Part shown: one piece after another, positions 24,425-37,258 of the stretch
Layout of the letters: each line of letters opens with the position of its first letter
Position numbering within the stretch: the stretch's first letter is position 1
Position numbers and translations under genes: made by a program
The notes under the pieces: generated by a model
The model's input: the letters and a program-made list of their open reading frames with translations, nothing else
Told to the model about the DNA's origin: nothing
The model's database searches: none
Assembly (NCBI RefSeq): GCF_018977255.1
Contig: NW_024704742.1
Location: 90,460,001-90,524,000 of the forward strand
Origin: Callorhinchus milii
Taxonomy: Eukaryota
Direction: 5' to 3'
DNA: 64,000 nucleotides

Positions 24425-27104
24425 ATAACAAAACATGTAGGACCAGGAGTAGGCCATTCGGCCCTTCGAGCCTGCCCCACCATTCAATCATGGCTGATCT
24501 TCTAATCTAACTCCAGCTAATAACCTAACCCTGCCTTATCCCCATATCCCTTAATCCCTTTTGCAATAAGAAATCTATCTATCTCAGTCTTGAATATGTT
24601 CAAGGACTGAGCCTGAATATGTTCAAGGACTGAGCGTCAACAGCCCTTTGGGGTAGTGAGTTCCATACATTCACCACCCTTTGAGTGAAGAAGTTCTTCC
24701 TCAACTCAGTGTGAAAGGGCTGGCCTCTGATTTTAAGGTTGTGACCCCTGGTTTTAGTTTCTCCAACCAGGAGAAACAGTCTCCCACTATCTACTCTATC
24801 ATGCCCTTTGATGATCTTATAGATTTCTATAAGGTCCCCTCTAATTCTTCTATATTCTAGAGAATATAGGCCCTAATTGGTCAGCCTATCCTCGTAACTC
24901 ATCCCCTTCATCCCTGGCACTAACCGAGTAAATCTACGCTGCAACCCCTCCAAGGCAAGTACATCCTTCCTTAAATGAGAAGACCAAAACTGCACACAGT
25001 ATTCCAGGTGTGGTCTCACCAGGGCCCTATACAGTTGCAGCAAGACTTCCCTACTCTTATACTCTAATCCTTTCATAATGAATGCTAACATACCGTTCGC
25101 CTTCCTAATTGCTTACTGCACCTGCAGACTAACTCTCTGTGATTGGTGTACAAGGACACCCAAGTCCCTCTGGACACTAACACATTCCAGTCTCTCCCCT
25201 TCTAAAAAATAACCCGCTCTACTGTTTTTGCTGAAGTAGGTGGATGACTTCGCACTTCCCTACATTATACTTCATCTGCCACCTACCTGCCCAATTACCC
25301 AACCTATCTATGTCGCGCTGCATTTTTTAATGTCCTCCTCTGTGTTGACACTTCCTCCTAGTTTTGTGTCATCCACGAATTTAGATATATTAACTTCGAT
25401 GTCCTCATCTAGATCGTTGATGTAGATGGTAAATAGCTGAGGCCCAAGGACTGATCCTTGTGGCACTCCACTAGTCACATCCCGCCAATCTGAAAAGGAC
25501 CCGTTTATCCCTACTCTTTGTTTCCTACCCATGAACCATTCCCCAATCCACGTTAATATGCTCCCCCAATTCCATGGGCCCTATCTTTTGGACTAACCTT
25601 TTATGCGGCACCTTATCGAATGCCTTCTGGAAGTCCAAATAGACCACATCCACTGATTCACCCTTATCTAGTTTACTCGAAATATCCTCAAAAAATTCTA
25701 TGAGATTTGTCAAACATGACTTCCCTTTTGTAAAGCCATGTTGACTTGGCCTAATTATATTGTGTTCCCCTAAATACCGCACTACCACATCCTTAATCAA
25801 TGATTCTAAATTTTTCCTATCACTGATGTGAGACTAACTGGCCTATAGTTCCCCATCTTTTCCTTTCCACCTTTTTTAAATAGTGGTGTGACATTTGCGA
25901 TCTTCCAATCCATAGGGACTGTTCCAGAATCCAAGGAATTTTGGAAGATCAGACACAAGGTCTCCACTCTCTCATAAGCTACCTCTTTTAAAACCCTGGG
26001 ATGCAAGCCATCCGGACCAGGGGATTTGTCACTTTTTAGTGCTAACAGTTTCCCAAGCACCAATTCTCTACTAATGAAAATTTTCCGAAGTTGCTCCCTG
26101 TCCCTATCCCCTTGGTGCATCTCTATTGTTGGCAGACTTGTTGTGTCTTCTAGGGTGAAGACAGATGCAAAGTACCCATTTAGGGACTCTGCCATGTCCT
26201 TATCCCCCATTACAACTTCTCCCGTCTCTGACTGAAGTGGACCTACATTTACCCTCACTAGCCTATTCCTCTTAATATATTTGTAAAAACTTTTACAATC
26301 AGACTTAATGTTCCTAGCTAGCTTGCCCTCATACTCCTTTTTCTTGCTCTTAATGAGTTTTTTCGTTTTTGCTGGTTTCTAAAACTCTCCCATTCTTCAG
26401 ATTTGCTGCTTTTCTTGGCAGTTTTATAAGCTTTTTCTTTTAATTTGATGCTTTCCCTAACTGCTCTAGTTAGCCACGGATGACTTGCTTTCCCTGTGGT
26501 ACTTTTATTCCGCAAGGGAATATGCGACCGCTGAGAATTATGCACTACATCCTTAAATATTTGCCACTGTTGGTCTACATTTTTACCTCTTAATCTTATT
26601 CTCCAGTCTATTTTACCTAAATCTTTCCTCATACCTACAAAATTAGCCTTATTTAAATTCAGAATACTTGCCTCGGATTTAACTATATCCCTCTCTAACT
26701 TAATGCAGAATTCAATCATATTGTGATCACTCTGCCCTAGAGGTGTCTTAGTACCTATACTGCCGACTAGCCCTGTTTCATTACACAAAACAAGGTCTAG
26801 GATGGCCTGTTCCCTAGTTGGTTCCTCGGCATGCTGCTCTAGAAAGTTATCTCTCATACACTCAATGAACTCTTCTTCTAACCTACTTTTGCCGATTTAG
26901 TTTTCCCAATCTATATGGAGATTGAAATCACCCACTATTATCATTTTACCTTTCCTAAATGCTGCACTGATTTCCTGATTAATACATTGTGCTATATTGT
27001 GATCACTTCCATTAATATTTTCTGCCCCTTATTATTTTTTATTTCCACCCATATTGTCTCTACCTCCTGGTCATCAGATTTCGGATCTTTCCTCTCCATT
27101 GCAG
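24425..27104 (-). mobile_element. CR1 LINE, about 2.7 kb, from mid-endonuclease through RT to the 3' UTR; disrupted
   Basis: Consecutive ORFs encode ILDLVLCN...SDHN (EN), KSPGPDG...NYRPVSLTS, QHGFTKGKSCLTNL...[23 protein letters not shown]...FVDDTKL and LVRPHLEYCVQFW, separated by stops and frameshifts. Confidence 0.96.
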
Positions 27105-27129
27105 AGGCAGTGGGTAGTAATTTGGGGAG

Positions 27130-27379
27130 TAATAATAATAATAATAATCCTTGCATTTGTTATAGTGCTTTTTACGTCTTCTAGAAGTTTCAAAGCAATG
27201 TCCCACAAACAGTCATGGATTGAAAATGACCAATTTATTATTGTTTTGTTTTGGAGGGATTATTATTAGGCTCTGTGTGGAGTAAGGAAACTTGCCCAAG
27301 GTTTCGCCCTCTGCCTGGAATTGAACTCAGGTCTCTCGCTTGCAAAGCGAGTGCTCTAACCACTGAGCTACAGGACTCC
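27130..27379 (-). mobile_element. Young SINE with internal deletion
   Basis: Intact head; junction TTTCAAAGC/AATGTCCC removes part of the core and tail. Confidence 0.9.
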
Positions 27380-27381
27380 AC

Positions 27382-28044
27382 AGAGAGGTAGAGAGGTGCC
27401 AGGGCATGAAGGGATTTGAATGTGCATTGAGGATCTTGAAATCGATCTATTCAGTGATAGGGAGCCAGTGGAGTTTGGCTAGAATTGACGTGATGGAAGT
27501 ACACAGTTCAGTGCGGGTGAGTACACGGGTGGCGGAATATTGGATCAGCTGGAACCTGTGCATGTTGGAGCTGCGGAGGCTGGCAAAAAGGGTATTTGAG
27601 AAGTCGAGTCGGGAGGTGACAAACATACAGATGAGTATTTTGGCTGCATCTGGGGTAAGGTACGGTCGGAGGTGGGCAATGTGGTGGAGGTGGAGGAAGG
27701 CGGTCTTGGTCAGGGACCGGATGTGGGAAAGGAAGGACAGTTGTGGGTCGAACCGGACACCTAGGTTGCACACCAGTTCGGTAAGTCTGAGGGATAGGCC
27801 GGGGAGGTTGAGGAGGTTAAAGCTGTAGGATGGAAGACATTGATGAGAGCTGAGGAGTATGGCTTCTATCTTGTCGACATTTAGTTGCAAGAGGTTTGCG
27901 CTTATCCAGGCCCTGGTGTCTGGCAGACAAGCCGACAGAACATCGACGGACCTGGGGTCGCAACTGGAGGAGGAGAAGTAGATTTGTGTGTCATCCACAT
28001 TCATGTGGAAGTTTACCCCATGTCTGCGGATGACATCGCCAAGA
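27382..28044 (-). mobile_element. L2 ORF2 fragment
   Basis: ORF 27447-28004 reads VDDTQIYFSS...LQLNVDK...NLGVRFD...SRLDFSN...LHWLP. Confidence 0.92.
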
Positions 28045-28310
28045 GCGCCTTATCACATCATTGAGATGCCTCAAAGTACTTCACAGGATATGCTGTAAAG
28101 TAGATTGACTTAATATCTTGTGGGAGAAATGCGGCAGACAGTTTGCGCACAGCAATGTTCCACAGACAGCCATGGAGTTTGTGACTTATTTTATCATATC
28201 ATTGGCCAGGACACCAGGAGAAACTCCCTTCTCTTTTGTCAAGGGATCTTTAACATTCACCTGAACCGGCAGAATGGACCTTGGTTTAACGTCTCATCCA
28301 AAGGACTGGC
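28045..28310 (-). mobile_element. Old Deu-domain SINE fragment
   Basis: GGCCAGGACACCAGGAGAACTCCC...GGTTTAACGTCTCATCC. Confidence 0.8.
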
Positions 28311-28489
28311 AAATGGACAAAGACCTTCTTTTTAAGGTATTTTATCCCCCTTCCCTTGCTTTAGGCATCTCATGTGCATCAACTTCAACTTCAATGCATC
28401 CTACAACAACTTCAACAAGAAAGTGGATGGAACTGTTGCTTGGAATATGGACTTGGAACCTACATTGGGAAGCTTTTAAAAGAAAGACA

Positions 28490-28661
28490 AAATAAATTGG
28501 TCATTTCAATCCATAACTGTTTGTGGGACATTGCTGTGCGCAATTGGCTGCCGCATTTCACCCACAAATATACAGTCAATTTACTTTACAGTCTATTCTG
28601 TGAAGTGCTTTGAGACGTCTAGAAGACATGAAAAGCGCTATATCAAATGCAAGGATTATTA
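28490..28661 (+). mobile_element. SINE 3' half
   Basis: Core and tail. Confidence 0.88.
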
Positions 28662-28768
28662 CATCCCATCAGTTCGAGTCTCCTTGGATAAGGGCAGAGC
28701 AGCTCTGGAATTTCTGTCATTGTTCTCTCTCCAGCTAGTTACTTGGAAGTCCTTGAAATATCTCAAAC

Positions 28769-28771
<3 letters not shown>

Positions 28772-28800
<29 letters not shown>
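28772..28800. repeat. (GA)n microsatellite
   Basis: Seen directly. Confidence 0.9.
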
Positions 28801-28806
<6 letters not shown>

Positions 28807-29867
28807 GTTAACAATGTGCTTGGAATTCTGTTCAAAGAACTTGACTCGGAGATCAAGCTTTTCTGAATTGTTATCAGTTCTTTTATCAGTAACTGCGCTG
28901 TGGAATTGTTTAAAAGTAGAAACAACTTGCATGTATGCAGCGCCCTTCACATGCAGCAGCGTCTCCAAGTGCTTGTAGAAGTGATTGAAATGTGAACAAA
29001 AATGGCACCAATGCAAAGAAAAACATGCAGCTAACTCACTCATCCTATTCATCACGGAAATTTATCTAGGTCTGTTTTCTTATAACTTGCATTGTCTTCC
29101 AGACAACACAATATATTTAATATAGTTTTTTTTTTAAAATTCAGCCTAAAGCACAAAAAAATCAGTAACTTAGTGATATTGTTTCAAAAAACTCTGTGGA
29201 GTTGATCTCGGTGCAATGAACCCAAGCTATTGTTGCCATGCCTGTGTGGTTGATGGCCAATTTGCAGTTCATTTTTTAAATGCTCCAGAAGCAAAGGGGA
29301 TCTCAAATCATCACCTAGCAATAAAACCCATGCCAGTCAGACTCTCCACAAACCCAATTTAACACGGTGTCAACTGTAATTTTCTTAATAACGTTCCAAT
29401 CTTTAAAACTATTCATCAAGGCAATTACAAAGGATATGACCAGAGGGTCCCTGGCTATTGCTCACTGGATACCCTTCAACTGGCCTTGTGAAACTTTCCA
29501 CAATACCGTACTAACAACATTGACTGTGGCATCTGCTGATGGATTACCACATTGCTCAGGATGAAATCATAGTAAAACATGTGTAACTGCTTCTTATTTT
29601 AATCATGTACCTACCCATAATGTGGAACATATTTATAGAGAACTGCACAATGGGTTTGATTTTCACTTTAGCATAACATTGAAAAGTGTTTTTTTTAGCA
29701 TATTTCTTGGCACAATTGTGTTTCGTGCTGCTACTGTGTCAAATCTTCATCTCAAAATTTACTACAAACCTTACATTTAAAATAACTTGTTAAAGACTGA
29801 AGGAAGGATAATACTGTTTGGGAAGAAACCGAATACTTTATGTTTCAGGTGTTTTGAGACTATGCAT

Positions 29868-31034
29868 AACATGCTCCTTCTGGGCGATGTCATCCACAGA
29901 CATGGGGTAAACTTACATATGTATGCGGATGACACACAAATCTACTTTGCCTCCTCTTGGCGTCTGCCAATGTTTATCAGCTTGTCTGACAGACTTCAGG
30001 GCCTGGATGAATGTAAACTTCCTGCCGCTGAATATGGACAGGATGGAAGTCATACTTGTTGGCTCCCATCAACATCTTCACTCCTGCGGATCTAAACTCC
30101 TCAACCTCCCTGGGTCCTCCCTCAAACTCACTGAACCAATGCGTAACAAAGGCGTCTGGTTTGACCCCCAGCTGTCCTTCCTCCCCCACATCAAAACCAA
30201 AAAAAAACAATCATAAATTGGTCATTTTCAATCTATGACTGTTTGTGGGACATTGCTGTGTGCAATTGGCTGCCGCGTTCGTTCACAAATATACAGTTAA
30301 TTCACTTTACAGTGTGTTCTGTGAAGCGCTTTGGGACGTCCTCCCGACGTGAAAAGCGCTATATCAAATGCAAGGATTACTATTATTATTATCTGTCCCC
30401 TGACCAGGACCGCCTTCCTCCACCTCCGTCACATTGCCCGTCTCCGACTGTACCTTAACCCAAATGCAGCCAAAACCCTCGTGCATGCGTTTGCATCTTC
30501 CACTTACTTCAACGCAATCCTCGCCGGTCTCCCCATCTCCACCATTCAAAAAATCCAGCTCATTCAGAACTCTGCGCCCGCATACTGACCCAGACCAAAC
30601 TCCGTACCCATAACTCACCAGTTCTGGCCAGGCTCCACTGGCTCCCCATCACTGAACGGATTGACTTCAATATCCTCACACTCGTGTTCAAATCCCTTCA
30701 CTCTCTGGCACTTCCCTACCTCTCTGACCTCCTCACTCCCCAATCCACCACCCAGCGCCTCCACTGAACTGGCACCGGCCTCCTGCTCGTCCCTCGCACC
30801 CTCCACTCCCACCATCGGGGGTCACGCTTTCAGCCACTATACCATAAAACTCTGGAACATTCTCCCTCAATCCCTCCATTTTGCCCCCTCTCTCCCCTTT
30901 TTCAAATTCCGCCTGAAATCTTTTCTTTTCGAGAGGTCACCTCCCCCCCGGCTCGGAGTCAGGCTCTGCCACTGCTAAGCACTCTGAGCTGTTACTCTGT
31001 GTGGAGGGTATTATATAAATGCGAGTTGTTGTTT
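29868..31034 (+). mobile_element. L2 5'-truncated copy, interrupted by a young SINE 3' half (about 30193-30392)
   Basis: HGVNLHMYADDTQIYF...GVWFDPQLSFLPHI, then the SINE, then LTRTAFLHLRHIARLR...LWNILP and a (TTG) tail. Confidence 0.92.
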
Positions 31035-31254
31035 TAAAACGTCAACCTGAGCAGGCAAGTGGGACTTCAGTCTCAAATCTCATCAGAAGGATGGATGGCA
31101 CCTCCAACAATGCAACTCTCCCCCAGCATTGTATTGAAGTGTCAGGATAGTCTTTGTTTGCCATGACACCCCTCTGTCATGTATGCTGTTGGGACAATGC
31201 TTGGAAATGGACAGGAAAACAATGTTTATACTGATCAGTTGTGAATTCACACCT

Positions 31255-31565
31255 TAATAATAATAATAATCCTTGCATTTGATATAGCGTCAGGAGGACG
31301 TCCCAAAGCGCTTCACAGAACACACTGTAAAGTGAATTAACTGTATATTTGTGGGCGAATGCGGCAGCCAATTGAGCACAGCAATGTCCCACAAACAGTC
31401 GTAGATTGAAAATGACCAATTTATTATTGTTTTTGGTTTTGGAGGGATTATTATTAGGCGTGTGGAGTAAGGAAACTTGCCCAAGGTTTCGCCCTCTGCC
31501 TGGAATTGAACTCAGGTCTCTTGCTTGCAAAGCGAGTGCTCTAACCACTGAACTACAGGACTCCA
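31255..31565 (-). mobile_element. Full-length young SINE
   Basis: Near-identical to the other young copies. Confidence 0.95.
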
Positions 31566-31804
31566 TCTTCTCGATTTGCCACAAATTCACCTTCTCAACA
31601 GCACAAAATAATCAATTGCATAAATGTGTGTGTGAAAAAGAGACTTAATTGGAGGTCTCAGCAATGTTTGAAGTCAAACCAGCACACAGCAACCAGTGAC
31701 CTGACTCAAATACTTTTTTTCGTTGTGCTACCTCCAGGTGTGTGTTTTTCATTTTAATAAAAGAAAAGCAGGAAAGTTGGAGTAAATAATAAAGGGTGAT
31801 ACTG

Positions 31805-32270
31805 ACAACATCAACAACAACAAGATTACTTTCACGTCAGGAGGACATCCCAAGGCGCTGGACAGTGTACAGCATTTCAGACCCGAGCTGGGATCAGGGG
31901 TCAGGAGGAGAAGGGAAGGGAGGGGAAGGGGGGTGGCCGATGGCATGGTCGAAGAGGAGGGTCTTGAGGTGGGATTTGACGGAGGCCAAGGAGGGGGCGA
32001 GGCGGAGTGATTGGGGGATGGAATTCCAGAGGTTGGGGGCACAGTGGCTGAAGGCTCTCTGAGGGTCTCAGTCTTTTTCACATTGAACTGTGGGAAATTT
32101 GCCCTCATCCAAGACTTGATATCCAACAGGTAGTCTGTCAGGACAGCGGTGGTCCTGGAGATGAGGGTGGAGGCAGAAAGATAGAGTTGGGTGTCATTCG
32201 CATACATGTGGAAGTTGACCCCATGTCTGCGAATGATGCACCAAGGAAGCGCATGTAGATATAAAAGATC
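31805..32270 (-). mobile_element. L2 copy with large internal deletion
   Basis: HGVNFHMYANDTQLYLS...FNVKKTET is joined directly to the 3' terminal segment and (TTG)n tail. Confidence 0.88.
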
Positions 32271-32639
32271 AGTAGCAGCACAGACACAAAACATTGAATA
32301 ACTTTTCTGTGCTTTAACAACACATTCTGGTTCATCAATGAAAGGGCCATCAACAATGACTTACATTTATACTGTGACCTTCATGTGCTTTGCAGGGCTG
32401 GTGTTGGATGTCCAGCAAGGGAGGAGAGGAGGGATATGCTGTTGAACAGATAGTTTTTTACGTGGTATTTAAATACTGATAGATAGAGAGGGTGGGTTGG
32501 AGGGGTAAAGGGAAGAAGTTCCAAAGCGTAGGGGCAGGGAATCACGTTCCACATTGGAACATCTTAATCTCCGACCTGTCAGCACCTTGGGACGTCCTCC
32601 CGACGTGAAAGGCGCTTTACAAATGTAATTTTGTGTTGT

Positions 32640-33280
32640 ATTGAGCTCCTAGTCCAGGTTGACACTCCAATCCAGCACTGGGGGAGTTCTGCATATCAGA
32701 AGTGGCATCTTTTGGATGAGACATTGAACTGTGATCCTGTCTGCCTGTTCAGGTGGAAGATCATTCCATTATTTGAAAAGGGGAGTTTCTTCTGGTGTCC
32801 TGGCTAACAATGATCCAGATAAAATCAGTAACTTCACTCCATAAATAATAATAATAATAATCCTTGCATTTGATATAGCTCTTTTCACATCGGGAGGACG
32901 TCCCAAAGCGCTTCACAGAACAGACTGTAAAGTGAATTGACTGTATATTTGTGGGCGAACGCGGCAGCCAATTGCGCACAGCAATGTCCCACAAACAGTC
33001 GTAGATTGAAAATGACCAATTTATTATTGTTTTTGGTTTTGGAGGGATTATTATTAGGCTCTGTGTGGAGTAAGGAAATTTGCCCAAGGTTTCACCCTGC
33101 CTGGAATTGAACTCAGATCTCTCACTTGCAAAGCGAGTGCTCTAACCACTGAGCTACAGGACTCCACATGGCTGTTTGTGGAACATTGCTCTGTGTAAAT
33201 TGGCCGCTATGTTCACCTATAAATACATTTACTGCAAAATAAAGTAAATCCCGTGAAACGCTTTGAGACATCCTCCCATT
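32640..33280 (+). mobile_element. Old Deu-domain SINE split by a young SINE
   Basis: Deu body at 32640-32842 resumes at 33167 (CATGGCTGTTTGTGG). Confidence 0.8.
32843..33166 (-). mobile_element. Full-length young SINE nested in an older SINE
   Basis: Intact head, core and tail. Confidence 0.95.
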
Positions 33281-35061
33281 ATTTTTTTCAAACACATTTT
33301 AACATCCTTCCTTAAATAAGAAACAATGTGTTTAGAAATACAGCAATTATGACCCAACTATAATTTTGCCTTTTAAATAATCAATTTAAAAAGAAATTTC
33401 AATAACTCACTGCCTTCATTTATTAAATGTTGTAACACAACACCCACCAAAAGACCTCAAATAAATACCCCATTTCAAGGACCTCACCATTAGTGGTCTA
33501 AATACTGCCTCCTTTTAAACAATGACTCTTCTTTTAAAAAGTAATCTTCACTGACATTCCTCGCAAGACCAGAAGTAATACATTTCTCTAAAATAAGCCG
33601 CAGCTTTTTTTTAAACTTACCCACTTTACTACACATCAGCCATCAAATGGACATCATGGATTAGTCTTGAAGACAACCTAATCATGTCCTTTGGAGCTAC
33701 ATTTGTGTAAGACACTAAATCTTGTTGTGCATCCTTATAAGGTGAAACTGAACGTTCCAGTCGGTATAAAGAGTTTTATTATGCAGTTACAATTCCTTTG
33801 AAGTCACGTGCCATCTCTCTCTCTTTCATTCGTGAAATTTCCCCAGTGAATTGGCAGGGAGGAGACAGCTCTTCAGATCTGATCAGCAAATTGTTTGATC
33901 CTGGCTTTAAATAAGTAATCTCCACTGGTATTGTCATTTTGTACAAAGCAGAAGTAACGCCATTCACAAAATTAAACGGTTACTTTGTAACACTTTGGCA
34001 GAATTGTTTTTCTAGTGGAAAGACGTCAAATCTGTGCTAAAAATGCAACAGCCTTAGAAATATAGAAGTTAGTTCCCCCCTTTATTGATTTTTATATAAT
34101 GCATTAGTTTACTCTGTTAGTGAGAGTGCCCTAGCACCACAAAATTATATCAGAGGCCGCAGTGGCAGGTAGTATCAGCCAGCAAGCTAATAAAGAGAAA
34201 GGGATGCTGTATGTTAAACTATCAGGTTTAAGATAAATCTGCAGAAAATGCCCTACATTAAATGAACTTGGCCCATAGACAGTAGAATCAGAAGAGATTG
34301 CCCATTCCCCAGAGCAGGTGGGCGTCTGTGTCTCATTAGGGGAAAAAAAATATCGAAATGCCTTTTGTGACCAAAAAAAAGGCCATTGAAATTCTTCTGG
34401 GAATTAATCAGGTCACCTTAGAAACAAAGGTTAAAAATTATACGGATTGTGAGGTCTAATGTCCAGCAACTTGAAGCTGCATTCTTTAATTGAAGAATAT
34501 AGAATTACATAGAACGCTACAGCACCCATCGGGCCATTCAGGCCAACCAGGCCAATTGGAGATTCCAATCGACCCCTCCTAACTCAACCTCCCCATAACC
34601 GGAGGTACATCACACTCTAAAGTGTCGTTCTCACAGGTCAGCCTGACACCTACTATTAGTTCCACCAACTACAGGATATCCAGTTTCCTTTATGAAGGAA
34701 TCCTATAGAAACTGACACACATTAGACCCCGTGGTTTTTTTTTGTAAAATAGAGCAACTTGACAACCCCTTGAATAAGTGCAAAAAGCAAGGTACACATG
34801 GCGTCAGGTGAGAGCTTCATAAATCTTTTGACGCGAGGTGGAATTAAATGTGCAGACTTGGCCTTCAGAGCTCAGTGCTCTGAGTACTGATGCTATTAGG
34901 CTGAAATCAGACATTAATGGATATGAGTGCAACGAGTTGAAACAGCATTGCCAGCTGAAGTGCACTGATGTCCTGACAAACAAAACCCCCTCTGATTTTA
35001 AAGGAAAAGTGAATTTGAAAAACACGAATAGTTATCAAACAAGATGCCAATTATACAATAA

Positions 35062-35300
35062 AACAAAAACAGAAATCGCTGAGAAGACTCAGCCGACTCC
35101 AGCATCTATGGAGAATGGAAAGTGAGTCAACGTTTCCACGACCCTTCATTAGAAATGGGGCATGTTGGGAGGGAGAGGCTTTTAAGGGCTAACAGAGTGG
35201 GGGAGGCAGGGCAAGGAAGACAAAGGAGAAAATGGGGTAGAGGACAGGGGTGATGGGTTAAAGAGGTGTTAATGATGCAAAACAAAAGGCATGTGATTTC
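35062..35300 (-). mobile_element. Penelope-like element terminal-repeat relic with decayed hammerhead core
   Basis: AAAACAGAAAT.GCTG...ACTCAGC...CAGCATCT.TGGAGA...GAGTCAACGTTTC...GACCCTTCATTAGAA matches the recalled chondrichthyan PLE terminus. The minus strand reads CTAATGA...GAAACGTT. Confidence 0.6.
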
Positions 35301-35336
35301 ATATTATTGCTGGTGATAATTATCACATTAACCATA

Positions 35337-35473
35337 AATAATAATAATAATAATAATAATAATAATCCTTGCATTTGATATAGCGCTTTTCACGTCGGGA
35401 GGACGTCCCAAAGCGCTTCACAGAACACACTGTAAAGTAAAATTGACTGTATATTTGTGGGCGAACGCCCACA
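35337..35473 (-). mobile_element. Young SINE 3' end with long (ATT)n tail
   Basis: Seen directly. Confidence 0.9.
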
Positions 35474-35591
35474 ATAAATGTGAACAAAAGCAGCTAACAG
35501 TAGTCACTAGCTGGAAATGGAGGGAAGATGGGTGAATGGAGTGTGGTGGAGGCGTTTGTGCAGTGTGTGGGGGGTGAGTGGAGTATGGGGG

Positions 35592-35850
35592 GGTGAGCAG
35601 AGTGTGGGGGGATGGTGAGCAGAGTGTGGGGGGATGGTGAGCAGAGTGTGGGGGGATGGTGAGCAGAGTGTGGGGGGATGGTGAGCAGAGTGTGGGGGGA
35701 TGGTGAGCAGAGTGTGGGGGGATGGTGAGCAGAGTGTGGGGGGATGGTGAGCAGAGTGTGGGGGATGGTGAGCAGAGTGTGGGGGATGGTGAGCAGAGTG
35801 TGGGGGGATGGTGAGCAGAGTGTGTGGGGATGGTGAGCAGAGTGTGTGGG
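35592..35850. repeat. G-rich minisatellite, 22-bp unit GGTGAGCAGAGTGTGGGGGGAT, about 11-12 copies
   Basis: Period of 22 (TGAGC at 35594, 35616 and onward), with minor G-run length variation. Confidence 0.95.
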
Positions 35851-36932
35851 GGGGTGGGTGGGGAGAAGACTCCTGACTGCTAGTGATATCTAATGACCAC
35901 ATTGTTGGTCAATGTGATTGATAATCTTCACCAGTGACAGGTAGATAACATATGCTGCAGTTTTCCACCCTCTGGATGTACAGTGATGGTTATGGATGGA
36001 TAAATTCACTGAGAAAAGAAAAGATATATTGTTGACCTTTAGATTTTAGATGCGGTAACTATAGAGGATGCACTTGGCCCACAGCAGAAAAGTAAGTTAC
36101 CACAAATGGAGTTGATTTGAACTGGTCAAGTCTCAAGGTTCAATTTTGTTCCTTTGTGGTGGATCTTAACATCTGTGTTGGCAATGTAAAACAAAGCCTA
36201 TAATTTAAGGCAATAGGTCAGGAGCGAAAGGAGGACAGAAATTAGAAACGTGCAGTGGAAGTGCCAGAGAGATGAGGACTAGCTGGGGGAACAGAGAGGG
36301 GATGATGGGGATTGGAGCCAGAAAACTGATAAGATCAAAGCCAGGAGATAGCAGAGTCAGGAACAGTAGCTGAGGCAGCAGAGATTGTTTTATAAACAAT
36401 AAAAGAAAAAAACTCGTTGCAGAAATAATCAGACAAAAAGAGAGGCCGAAAATAGGCCTATAAAAATACAATTCACAGAGGATTGGCACAAGAGTAATAA
36501 TAGTAATCATAATCCTTGCATTTGATATTGAGTCTTAACACGTCATTTGGATCTCTCACAACACTTCACAGGATATATTGTAAAGCAATGTGGCTGTCTG
36601 TATTTTGTGGGTGAACACTTGTAGAGATTTTAATCATATTAGAGCAGAAGTAATCTGGGATCTTCATTAAATGTGATAAATTTATCGCTGTTCTGTTGTG
36701 TAACTGAACTTATGAATTTACTGAAGTCACTGAATTTATGGCTGCATGCTTACAAATAACTGAAGACTGTTCTTTCAAATTAACAATATATTTAAAATTA
36801 TAAACAAAATCAAATGGTATTAATTAAATTGCTTTTTTTCAATCTCAGTTATTTCTAGATGAACAGTGACAAATACATTAAACAGGGAAGAGAGCAGAAT
36901 AGTTCAGTGCTCAATGATTAATTCACTACATT

Positions 36933-37258
36933 TGGAGTCCTGTAACTATGTGGAGTCCTGCAGCTCAGTGGTTAGAGCAAGCGAGACACCTGGGTTCAAT
37001 TCCAGGCAGGGCAAAACCTTGGGCAAGTTTCCTTACTCCACACACCTAATAATAATCTCTCCAAAATAAAAAAAACAATAACAAACATGGTCATTTTCAA
37101 TCCACGACTGTTTGTGGGACACTGCTGTGCGCAATTGGCTGCCGCATTTCGCCCACAACTATTCAGTCAATTCACTTTACAGTCTACTCTGTGAAGCGCT
37201 TTGAGATGTCAAGAAGAAGTGAAAAGCGCTATATCAAATGCAAGGATTATGTTATTAT
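36933..37258 (+). mobile_element. SINE with duplicated 5' start and small head deletion
   Basis: TGGAGTCCTG occurs twice (about 36933 and 36951), followed by core and tail. Confidence 0.9.

Noticed and set aside
31749..32294. 181-aa ORF with partial RT motif
   Set aside because: Internally deleted L2 read through unrelated frames; the catalytic motif is mutated (YAND).
32575..32600. REST/RE1-like TCAGCACCTTGGGAC in L2 tails, and a partial match at about 37430-37452
   Set aside because: One half-site departs from the RE1 consensus in each case; not supportable without binding data.
35592..35850. CRISPR-like array
   Set aside because: Head-to-tail tandem units with no unique spacers, in eukaryotic context with no cas genes.
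35507..35902. 131-aa His/Pro-rich ORF
   Set aside because: Translation of the 22-bp minisatellite.
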